NCBI GenBank assembly: GCA_044070495.1
Contig: JBIPSI010000013.1
Location: 64,001 to 128,000, forward strand
DNA length: 64,000 nucleotides
DNA from: Spirulina sp.
GTDB lineage: Bacteria; Cyanobacteriota; Cyanobacteriia; Phormidesmidales; Phormidesmidaceae
Direction: 5' to 3'
The stretch's first letter is position 1; each line of letters begins with the position of its first letter. Shown in pieces: positions 19,683-29,000 of this stretch. Position numbers and translations under genes: made by a program. The notes beneath the pieces are model-generated. The model was given only the letters and a program-made list of their open reading frames with translations. It did no database searches and had not been told where the DNA came from.

Positions 19683-20306
19683 TGTCCTTAGCGTTAGGGC
19701 AATCGCACATCAGGCGATTGCAGCTTTTGAATTTAAAGTATTCCTACAAAATTGCCGCCGAGGCAAGCATCAAGGGATCTAAGTCTGCTTCACGTAAGGG
19801 GCTTCGGTTACTTGATGGTGGTTCTATGAAACGATGAAAGCCCCTCCTGGCAAGGGTTTTTTGAGTTTCAGTATGGGGATGAGATTCGGCTCATACCGCT
19901 AATCATTCCCATAAATCCATCGAAACTTGGCTGAGGGAGGGGTCTACCCTGCTGCCCTCTAGGGAAATTTAGGATCACTATTCCAATGGCGAGATGGTGC
20001 GTTGTGGATTTAACTAACGCACTGGGTTTTCCTTTGGATTTTTCCTACGCAATAGCGCTAATTTCACGTTTTGATTCGTTCATGGCAGGGAGAAAGACTC
20101 AGGTTTTTTGCAAGGTTAACGATAGATTTCACAACCAACGTCATGAAGGCAATTGGGTTGAAGTCGAGGGATTGATTCATTCAATTTTGAGCATCAGTTT
20201 TGAGTATCAAATAGCCGTCTTCCCCTGTGGTTAGTTGAGAGTAGCAGCGGCCCAAATATTGACCCAAATATTGAATTGAGTTGTTGAGGAGTATTGAGGA
20301 GAAACC

Positions 20307-22637
20307 ATGGTAAGACAATTGCGGTGGATGAAGACTTCGAGGTGGGGGCTGGCGCTGCTGCTGTGGAGCGCAGGGCTGGGGGTTGCCCAGGCGGAAACAA
20401 CGACATCTGAGGAATTTTCCCAGGATGAGATGGCCGAGGTATCCGTGACGGCAGCAGATTTGGTGGCTGTTCCAGGCTCTGAAGATCGCGATTTAGGGGA
20501 GTCGTCGGACAGTGTTCTGGCTCAGCAGGACGTTCAGGATAGTGCGACCCAGAGTCGCCCGACCTCAGCCCCCCTAACCCCAATGCCGTCGGTGGCCAAC
20601 CCAGAGGACTTCTATGGCCAGGTCGATAGCTCAGACCATGCCCAGGTCGATGATGCCGGGGATGTCCAGATCGATGACGCTGGGGAAGACTTGGGAGATA
20701 CCGAACCCACCGATGGGGCGGCAGGGGAGGACGAAGAACCCCTGATTCGGATCAACGTGACGGGGCAAATTTTGGATCAGCCCGTCTTCTCCCCCTTTCG
20801 GCGGGAGGGCACAGTGCGGGAGGCCAGCCAGCCCGTCTACGTGATCAACCGTGAGCAAATGGAGGCCCAGGGTGCGCGTACGGTGAATGAGGCCCTGCGT
20901 TACCTGCCTGGTGTGCTGAGCGAAAGCACCAGCGGCGGGCAGTTGGGGACGCAGAGCGGGCAGTTCATTCGGGGGGGCAGTTCAGCGCAAACCCTGATTT
21001 TGCTGGATGGTCGGCCCCTCAATCAGATCGGTTCCTTTGGGGCCTTCGACCTGTCTACGCTGACGGTGGATGCCATTGAGCAGATTGAGGTGCTGCCGGG
21101 GGGAAGTTCGGTGCTGTATGGGTCTAGCGCCATTGGCGGCGTGATCAACATCATCACCCGCCGACCGGGGGAAAATACCTTTGAAACTTCGGCTTCGGCA
21201 GCGGTGGGCAGCTTTGGCTTTAATGACCAAATTCTCCAGGCCCGGGGCAACAACGACGGCCTGAGTTGGGTACTGGGCTACAACCGCACGGCCTCGCGCA
21301 ACAATTTCCCCTTTAGCCTCACCAGCACGAATGTTGACGGGGTGCGCACCAATGCCGATGTGCTCTACAACAACGTCAACTTCAATGCCACCACCGAGTT
21401 GAGTGATCGCAGTCGGCTGCGGCTGGGGTTGCTCTACCTCAGCAAGGATTTGGGGGTACCCGGTGCGGTGCCCGTCCCCGGTAGTATCGCGGGCGGGTTC
21501 AACAGCCTCTCCGCCGATGATCGCAGCTACAGCGAAAACTGGCTGCTAGATCTGGCCTACGAAGCCGACCTGGGCCAAGGGGATGACTCGCGGCTAACGG
21601 CGCGGCTCTACGGCGACCTGCTGGGGCTAACCTTCAACCGCCCTAGCCCCAGCTTTGGCGACCCCACCCGCGACCTAGTGGATCAAACCTCCGTGGGTGC
21701 CCAGGTGCAGCACAACTGGCAGTTGGCCAGCAACCAAAACCTCACCTACGGCGTCGATTTTCGCCAGGTGAACGCCGACAACCGCACCCTCAACCTATTG
21801 ACCAACGACCTCACGGAAAACTACGCGGATTCTCTGCGGCAGACGGGGTTGTTTGCCCGATACCAGGCGGAAATTACCCCCCGCTGGAGCGCCAATGCCG
21901 GGATTCGGCAGGACTTTAACGACCTCGCCGATGGATCCTTCACCTCCTTCCACCTGGGCAGCCGCGTGCAGGTGACCGACACCACCAGCCTGCGGGCCAA
22001 CTTTGGCCGCAACTTCCGGGTGCCCACCCTCACCGACCTGTTTTTTGCCCCCTTCAATAACCCCAACCTGCGCCCCGAATCGGGCTGGAGCTTTGATGTG
22101 GGGGTGGATCAGCAGATCGGGGATCGGGGGCTGGCGCGGCTCACCTTCTTCCGCAACGACATCCGCGACGCCATCAACTTTGATTTGGCCACCTTCACCC
22201 CCCAAAACATTGGTCGGGTGCGGTCGCTGGGACTAGAGGCCGAGGTGAACTATCAAATCCTCGACAACGTCTTTGCCTTTGCCAACTACACCTGGAACGA
22301 CCCCAAAATTCTGGCCGGATCCTCCCCCAGCGAAGAGGGTAACCTACTGCCCTTTACCAGTGCCGATACCTGGAACCTGGGCCTCGCCTACGAAACGCCC
22401 CAGGGCTTTTACACGGGGCTGTTTGTCCACTCGGTCAGCTCGGTGTTTGTGGATCGGGCCAACCGGGAAACCCTGCCCGGACGCACCGTGGTTGATCTGA
22501 AGCTGCGATCCCCCATCAGCGATGTTTTGGTGATCAATGCCAGCCTCAACAACCTGTTCGACACCCAATTCGAGCAGTTTCCAGGGGTGCCAGGGCTAGG
22601 ACGCAATTTCCAACTGGGGGTAAGCCGCACCTTCTAG
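20307..22637 (+). CDS. btuB: TonB-dependent receptor, probably cobalamin
   Basis: Signal peptide, plug motifs TLILLDGRP and SVLYGSSAIGGVINIIT, NPNLRPE, C-terminal Phe; downstream of B12 riboswitch. Confidence 0.88.
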   Translation: MVRQLRWMKTSRWGLALLLWSAGLGVAQAETTTSEEFSQDEMAEVSVTAADLVAVPGSEDRDLGESSDSVLAQQDVQDSATQSRPTSAPLTPMPSVANPEDFYGQVDSSDHAQVDDAGDVQIDDAGEDLGDTEPTDGAAGEDEEPLIRINVTGQILDQPVFSPFRREGTVREASQPVYVINREQMEAQGARTVNEALRYLPGVLSESTSGGQLGTQSGQFIRGGSSAQTLILLDGRPLNQIGSFGAFDLSTLTVDAIEQIEVLPGGSSVLYGSSAIGGVINIITRRPGENTFETSASAAVGSFGFNDQILQARGNNDGLSWVLGYNRTASRNNFPFSLTSTNVDGVRTNADVLYNNVNFNATTELSDRSRLRLGLLYLSKDLGVPGAVPVPGSIAGGFNSLSADDRSYSENWLLDLAYEADLGQGDDSRLTARLYGDLLGLTFNRPSPSFGDPTRDLVDQTSVGAQVQHNWQLASNQNLTYGVDFRQVNADNRTLNLLTNDLTENYADSLRQTGLFARYQAEITPRWSANAGIRQDFNDLADGSFTSFHLGSRVQVTDTTSLRANFGRNFRVPTLTDLFFAPFNNPNLRPESGWSFDVGVDQQIGDRGLARLTFFRNDIRDAINFDLATFTPQNIGRVRSLGLEAEVNYQILDNVFAFANYTWNDPKILAGSSPSEEGNLLPFTSADTWNLGLAYETPQGFYTGLFVHSVSSVFVDRANRETLPGRTVVDLKLRSPISDVLVINASLNNLFDTQFEQFPGVPGLGRNFQLGVSRTF

Positions 22638-22705
22638 TAGGGTGGGCACTGCCCACCAATCTCCCTTCCCGCCTCCCAATTCCCGACTCCCAATTCCCGA
22701 TTCCC
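22637..22705. repeat. GTAG-REP plus TCCCRAY heptamers
   Basis: GTAGGGTGGGCACTGCCCACC at 22637-22657; TCCCAAT TCCCGAC TCCCAAT TCCCGAT. Confidence 0.8.
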
Positions 22706-22706
22706 C

Positions 22707-23933
22707 ATGACCTCACCCCCCTCCTACCACCATCTTCGCCCCTGGGCTGCGGGTCTCCTGGGGCTGGTGCTCGTACTCACCAGTTGCCAACGGGTGTCTT
22801 CCCCGACAGGATCGTCCCCAGAGGCGGGTGATCGGGAGGGGTGCGTAGCCGAGTACAGCGAGACGGAGGATTACTTTCCGGCCAAGGCCCAGGTGGACTA
22901 TGCCACGGGCTTTACGGTGGAGTATCACCGCCACTACAAGGTGGTGACGGTGGCCATGCCCTGGCAGCAAAATCAGCCGCCGCTGCGCTACGTGCTGGTG
23001 CAGTGCGGCACTCCGGTGCCGGAGGTGCCGGGGGCAACGACGGTGATTGAAATTCCGGTGCAGCGAGTGGTGGCGCTGTCTACCACCCATCTGCCCTACC
23101 TAGACGAACTGGGCCAGGTGGAGGCCCTGGTGGGGGTGGGGCAGTTTGCCTTTGTTAATAATCCCAACGTGCGCCGCAAGATTGACCAGGGCGATCTGGT
23201 GGAGATAGCCAGCGGTCAGTCCCTCAATCTGGAGCAGCTTTTGCTGGCGGAACCGGATTTGGTGATGGCGATTGCGACAGGCAATACCGAGGCCGATAGT
23301 CCTCAACGATTGCAGCAGGCGGGGTTACCCGTGGTGGCGGTGGCGGAATTTCAGGAGACCCTGCCCCTAGGACGGGCGGAGTGGCTGAAATTTACCGCCC
23401 TGTTTTTCAATCAGGAAGCCCTCGCCGAGGAGCGGTTTGCAGCCATTGCTGCGGAATACCAAGACCTGCGCGAGCTAACAACCACCCTGACGGATCGGCC
23501 AACGGTGTTTTCGGGATCGAGCTATGAAGGCACCTGGTATGTACCAGGGGGCAAAAGCTATGCGGCGCAACTGTTTCGGGACGCTGGGGCCGATTACTTG
23601 TGGGCCGATCTCGACCAGGCCAATAGCCTGCCGCTGGATGTGGAAGCGGTCTATGATCGGGCAGCGATGGCCGATTTTTGGCTGAATGGCGGCCTAGATT
23701 GGCAAACCCTGGGCGATGCCCTAGCCGCCGATGCCCGCCACGGCAAGTTTCGAGCGCTGCAACAAAACCAAATGTTCAACAACAACGCTCGTCTCAACGA
23801 TGGCGGCGGCAACGACTATTGGGAAAGCGGTTCCCTCTATCCCCACTGGATTTTGGCCGACCTCATCCACATTTTTCACCCCAACCTTTTGCCCGACCAC
23901 CAACTGATCTACTACCAGCGCCTAGAACCCTAA
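22707..23933 (+). CDS. BtuF-like ABC substrate-binding lipoprotein
   Basis: Lipobox LTSC, RVVALSTT, PLGRAEWLKF, NDYWESG. Confidence 0.9.
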   Translation: MTSPPSYHHLRPWAAGLLGLVLVLTSCQRVSSPTGSSPEAGDREGCVAEYSETEDYFPAKAQVDYATGFTVEYHRHYKVVTVAMPWQQNQPPLRYVLVQCGTPVPEVPGATTVIEIPVQRVVALSTTHLPYLDELGQVEALVGVGQFAFVNNPNVRRKIDQGDLVEIASGQSLNLEQLLLAEPDLVMAIATGNTEADSPQRLQQAGLPVVAVAEFQETLPLGRAEWLKFTALFFNQEALAEERFAAIAAEYQDLRELTTTLTDRPTVFSGSSYEGTWYVPGGKSYAAQLFRDAGADYLWADLDQANSLPLDVEAVYDRAAMADFWLNGGLDWQTLGDALAADARHGKFRALQQNQMFNNNARLNDGGGNDYWESGSLYPHWILADLIHIFHPNLLPDHQLIYYQRLEP

Positions 23934-24014
23934 CCGTTAGATTAGGGCGAGGTGCCCTCGCCCCTAACCCTAACCCTAACCCCCTAACGAAAAGGGGACT
24001 TAATGCTCCTATCC

Positions 24015-24091
24015 CCAACAACCAACAACCAACAACCAACAACCAACAACCAATAACCAACAACCAACAACCAACAACCAATAACCAACAA
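24015..24091 (+). repeat. Heptamer tandem repeat (CCAAYAA)x11, STRR-like
   Basis: Nine CCAACAA and two CCAATAA units ending 4 nt before ATG 24096. Confidence 0.95.
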
Positions 24092-24095
24092 CGCC

Positions 24096-24863
24096 ATGCC
24101 CCTAACCCTCGCCCAACTCAGCGATACCCATCTGCTAGCCCAGCCCACCGATTGCCTGCGCGGCCTCAACCCCTGGCAGTCGTTCCAGGCGGTGCTGGCG
24201 GCGGCCCTAGAGTACCAACTCGATGGTCTTTTGCTGACAGGGGATTTGGCCGAGGAGGATAGCCTAGAAGCCTACGAGCATCTGCGAGCGGCAACGGAAT
24301 CCCTAGATCTCCCCATCTACTGGATTCCCGGCAACCACGATAATCCGGCCCTGCTACACCAGGTCTTTACCGATGTTCCTTACCATGGCCCCAACCAAAG
24401 CCTCGACCTAGGCCACTGGCGGCTGATTTTGCTCGATTCGGTGTTGCCCACAGCTCAGTTTGGCGAGGGACATCTTTCCCCAGACACCCTCACCTGGCTA
24501 GAGGACACCCTGGCCCAGCACCCCGCTCAGCCCACCGCCGTTGCCCTGCACCATCCCCCGGTTTCCACGGGCATCGACTGGCTGGATCAAATTCAGCTTC
24601 AGCGGGCCGACGATTTTCTGACGCGGCTAGAACGGTTTGAGCAGGTGAAGGTGGTGACCTTTGGCCATGCCCACCTAGAGATTGATCAACGGTGGGGCGA
24701 GGTTTGCTACTACGGCTGTCCCTCCACCGTGCACCAGGTGACGCCCACCCAGCCCAGCCCCAACCACGATCAACCGGGCTTTCGGCTGATCACCCTCCAT
24801 CCCAACGGCCAGCACCAGACCGAGGTGCGGCGGGTGGCCCTTACGGTTGCGGTGGGGGGCTAG
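24096..24863 (+). CDS. Metallophosphoesterase, CpdA/Icc-like
   Basis: SDTH, TGDL, PGNHD, LHHPP, FGHAH motifs. Confidence 0.9.
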   Translation: MPLTLAQLSDTHLLAQPTDCLRGLNPWQSFQAVLAAALEYQLDGLLLTGDLAEEDSLEAYEHLRAATESLDLPIYWIPGNHDNPALLHQVFTDVPYHGPNQSLDLGHWRLILLDSVLPTAQFGEGHLSPDTLTWLEDTLAQHPAQPTAVALHHPPVSTGIDWLDQIQLQRADDFLTRLERFEQVKVVTFGHAHLEIDQRWGEVCYYGCPSTVHQVTPTQPSPNHDQPGFRLITLHPNGQHQTEVRRVALTVAVGG

Positions 24864-24867
24864 GGCT

Positions 24868-25962
24868 ATGGTGCTAAAACTGACGCTGCCCAAACTAGCT
24901 TCGGCCAAATCCCTTTGTCCCCCCGTCAGCCCGATTCCCGCGCCCAGACCTAGCCATTACCTGGGACTATGGGGGCTGCTGGGGGTTTTGCTGTTCGCCT
25001 TTTTGGTCAGCTTGGCCCTGGGGTCGGTAACGATTCCCCTGTCGGAGGTGGTCACCATTCTGCTGGGGGGAGAACCCAGCCGTGCCCCCTGGCGCGACAT
25101 TGTGCTGAACTTTCGCCTACCCCGATCCCTCACCGCCATGGCCGCCGGATCGGCTCTGGCCGTCAGCGGGTTGCAGCTTCAGGCGCTATTTCGCAATCCC
25201 CTGGCGGGGCCGTCGATTCTGGGCATCAACGCTGGGGCGAGTTTGGGCGCGGCCCTGGTGGTGCTGACTGGGGGCCTAACGGGTTGGGCGGCGGTGGGTT
25301 GGCTGGGGCAGTTTAGCCTGGTAGGGGCCGCCAGCCTCGGTGCCGCCGCCGCCATGGTGTTGGTGATGGGGGTGGCCCACCGTGTCCGCAATTCCCTGGC
25401 GCTGCTGATTTTTGGCCTCATGTTGGGCTATGTCACCACCGCTCTGGTCACGATTCTGCTGCACTTCAGTTCTATCGACCAAACCCTGGCCTACCTAAGC
25501 TGGACCTTCGGCAGCTTTGCGGGCGTCACCTGGGCGCAGATTCCGGTACTGGTGACGATTATCCTGGGCGGGCTAGGGCTGGCCTACCTGACGGGCAAAC
25601 CGCTCAACCTACTACTGCTGGGGGAAGAACAGGCCCTTAGCCTCGGTCTTTCCCTCAGGCTAACGCGGCTGTATTTGATCCTCAGTTCCTCGCTGCTAGC
25701 GGGTACCGTCACGGCCTTCTGCGGCCCCATTGCCTTTTTGGGGGTGGCCGTTCCCCACCTGGGTCGCAGCCTGTTTCGCACCCTCGACCATCGGGTGCTA
25801 ATTCCCGCCTCCATCCTCATCGGTGCCCTGTTGGCCTTGGTGGCCGATGGTATTGCCCAACTGCCCGGTAGCCAGGTGATGCTGCCCCTCAATGCCGTTA
25901 CCGCCCTGATTGGTGCCCCGGTGTTGATTGGTCTCATGCTAAAACGTCAGGGTCGCCTGTGA
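24868..25962 (+). CDS. FecCD/BtuC family ABC permease
   Basis: RLPR, FRNPLAGPSILGI, GPIAFLGVAVPH. Confidence 0.93.
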   Translation: MVLKLTLPKLASAKSLCPPVSPIPAPRPSHYLGLWGLLGVLLFAFLVSLALGSVTIPLSEVVTILLGGEPSRAPWRDIVLNFRLPRSLTAMAAGSALAVSGLQLQALFRNPLAGPSILGINAGASLGAALVVLTGGLTGWAAVGWLGQFSLVGAASLGAAAAMVLVMGVAHRVRNSLALLIFGLMLGYVTTALVTILLHFSSIDQTLAYLSWTFGSFAGVTWAQIPVLVTIILGGLGLAYLTGKPLNLLLLGEEQALSLGLSLRLTRLYLILSSSLLAGTVTAFCGPIAFLGVAVPHLGRSLFRTLDHRVLIPASILIGALLALVADGIAQLPGSQVMLPLNAVTALIGAPVLIGLMLKRQGRL

Positions 25963-25995
25963 TCCTGAATCTTGCGTGCGTGCCCCGGCATTAGC

Positions 25996-26018
25996 GGGCG
26001 AGGAGACCTCGCCCCTAC
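25996..26018 (-). repeat. REP family GTAGGGGCGAGGTCTCCTCGCCC
   Basis: Copies at 25996-26018, 29987-30009 and 49341-49363; degenerate copy near 23944. Confidence 0.85.
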
Positions 26019-26068
26019 GGTTGGTTGGGTTGGGTTAGGAATTGGGACTATGGAATTCGGCTTTGGGG

Positions 26069-29000
26069 TTAGATCACAACGGCTCCGAGGGATTTCAGGA
26101 TAGCCATTTCCGACGGTGAAAGCCCCTTGGCATCGCGGATGTTGGCTCCGGCGTAGGGGCGGTCGGGATGAAAAACACGCTCACAATGGCCGAGGGCCAG
26201 GTTCCAGAGGCGTATTTCATGGTCTTGGCTGGCGGTGGCCAAATGGGTACGGTCGGGACAAACTAGGGCCGTCCAGGGGGGCTGACTATGGCCCCTGAGG
26301 GTGTAGCGCAGACGGTGGGTTTGCACCTCCCAGATGGCCAAGTCGGCGGCTTGGCTGGTGATGGCGAGGACGACACCGCTGGGGTCTACGGCAACACTGT
26401 GAACCCAGTGGCCATCGGGGGGAGACCAGATTCCCAGGGTGCGGCCTTGGGCCACATTCCACCAGCGCACGGTGCCATCGTGGCTGGCGCTGACGAGAGA
26501 TTGGCCATCGGCCCCCACCCCCAGGCTATGAACTAGGCGCTGATGCCCGGTTAGCAGTTGAGGAACAGAGGCAGCGGCTGACTGGGGCCAGATTTCGATA
26601 GTGCCATCCCTAGCCCCGACAATCAGGGTCGGGTTGTCGCTACCCTCCCCAAAGGTCAGGGCCATCGGGGGTACAGGGCGACGGATCCCTTCGTGTCGTC
26701 GTTGACCATCCGCCACCGACCACAGGTGAAGGGTATCCTCTGGGCCAACCGTGGCAAGGGACTGGCCATCGGGGCTGAAGGCGATCAGATGAACAGGAAC
26801 AGAAACCGACCAGCGGCATTCTCCGGTGGGGATGTGCCACAGGCTCAGGCCAGAATCGGCGGCGGCCCTGGCGCACCACTGGCCATCGGCACTCAGGGCA
26901 ACGGCCTGAAGAGGGCTGTGGGGACTAGGACTGGCTGCACTGAGAACCTGGGGTACAGGGCTTTGGGAGGATCTGCGATCCCCTGTTGCCTGAGGCCACA
27001 GTCGCAGGCGAGCGTCTCGGTGCCCCGTGAGCACCTGATTCCCCTGGGCACTCACCGCCAGGTGGCTGACGGGGTGAGCCTGACTGAGGAAACGCCGCAG
27101 TTCTGTGCCGGTATTGGCCTGCCACAGGTGCAGCCGATAGTCGCCGCCCGTCACCAAATAGTCGCTATCGGGGCTAAAGTCTAGCAGCCACACGGGGGAA
27201 TCCGCCGGAGGCAAGGTGTAGCAGAGGGATCGGCTGGGAATATCCCACACGACGACGCTAAAGTCTTGGCGGCTACAGGCCAAATACCGACCATCGGGGC
27301 TGAGGGTGAGGGCAGGCAGGGTGCGCACGTCGGCGGGGAGCATCCAGCAAGAACGCCCGGTTCGCACATCCCAAAGGGTGAGGCAGTGCTCGTCGTAGCC
27401 CGCCGCAAAGGGCATCGGGGGCAGGGTGGGATCGTTGGGGTCGGGCAAAAAACCAGCGGATCGGACAGTAGCGGTGACCGGAGCCTGAAATGCTGTAATC
27501 GGGCTGTCCTGGGTTTGGCCGCCCTGGGAGAGATCCCACAGACAGGTAACCTGGTCATCCCCTCCGCTGACGAGGCGATCCCCCGCCTCGTTAAAGGCGA
27601 TGCTGTGGATGGCTCCCTGGTGTGTGTTCCAACAGACCCAACACCGCCCTGAAGCCACTTCCCATAGCCGCAGTTCGCCGTTACGGTCTCCAGAGGCCAG
27701 CCAAGCCCCATCGCCGCTGAAAGCCACCGTCTGCACCGCTGCCCCGTGGCCGCTCAGGGTGTCGGATCGGGCCTTGCCCCCCATCGGCCACAGCCAAATT
27801 TGTCCGGTATCGCTGCCAATGGCCAGGGTGCCACCATCGGGGCTAACGGCGAGGGACTGAACCGCCAGGGCTTCGCCGTCATCCATCACCTGCACCAGTC
27901 GCCCCCGATTCACCTCCCACAGCAGCAGGCGACCATCCTGATCGCCCGTCACCATCAGCCGCTCGTCGGGCTTGGGGGCAGCCTTAGACCGAGGAGAAGG
28001 GAGCGGACAAAAGGCCACCCTGGGGCTGCGACCGAGGGCGGTGGCCAAGGCGGTTTCGCGAAACTGCACCTGGCTGAGGTTGGCCCCCTGCAAACTTACC
28101 TGCCGCAGGTCGGCCTGCCACAGGGCTAGATCAGAGAAATCGACCCCACTGACGCTGACGCCCAGGGCTTGGCAGAGATGCAGCCAGTTGGCCGCCCCAA
28201 ATCCGGGTTGGCCCCGATACCGCTGGCGCAGGGTCTGCAACCGTTGATGGCAGGCCTGCACCAAATCCGCCTGATGCGGAAACTGGCGCTGCAACTGTTG
28301 AGCCAGGGGCACCACGTAGGCCGCCCGCTGGGCCTCCTGCACCGCTTCCTGGGCCGCCATCGTCACTAGGGGCAACCGCTGAAGCCAGTGGAACTCCCCG
28401 GCCAAAAGTTCCTGGGTCAATTGCGTCAGAAGCTGATCCTTAACCAGGGCACGTACCAGGGGTGGCAGGTCAATGAGGGGTTGGGTTGGGGCCGATGGAA
28501 TGGCGGACGCCGGGGTTTGGGCTTGGCAAAGGCATCGATCCACGAGGGACTGCACCACCGCTGGCTCTGGGCGATTCGGCATTGCCGTTTGCAGATCCGC
28601 CAGGGCCATGGGGGCATGGGCGAGGGCTACCCAATACAGCAGGGTTTCTTCCTCAGGGGTGAGCCGTTGCAGCAGAGCGGCTAGGTCCCGACGCACAGCG
28701 TCGGGGATAGGGTGCTGGGTTTGGGCCAACAGGGGGGATAGCTGGCCCTGGTAGACCGTCTGTAGAGTGGTGGCCACACTACGCAGAAACATCGGATTGC
28801 CGCCGTAGCGCTGCCAGAAGGCTTCCCCTTGGTCGGGCGTGGCGGGTAGCACCCCCTGTCGCTGAAGTAAGGTCTGGGTATCTGCCGCGTCCAAGTCTTG
28901 TAGACGGTAGTCCCGCGCCCGTGGCCCCATCCACTGGAACCGATCCGCCGGAGGTTCGCGACCCATGAGGACGACACAGCCGGGGTGTTGCCCCGTCGCC

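Noticed and set aside
19865..19926. GTTTC...GAAAC-bounded hairpin resembling a CRISPR repeat
   Set aside because: Single copy, too long, no spacers and no cas genes
19986..20234. 82-aa ORF in the btuB leader
   Set aside because: No recognisable motif or RBS; cannot be supported as coding
23678..24262. NNQQPTT repeat ORF and antisense LLVVGCW ORFs
   Set aside because: Translations of the heptamer array that overlap real genes
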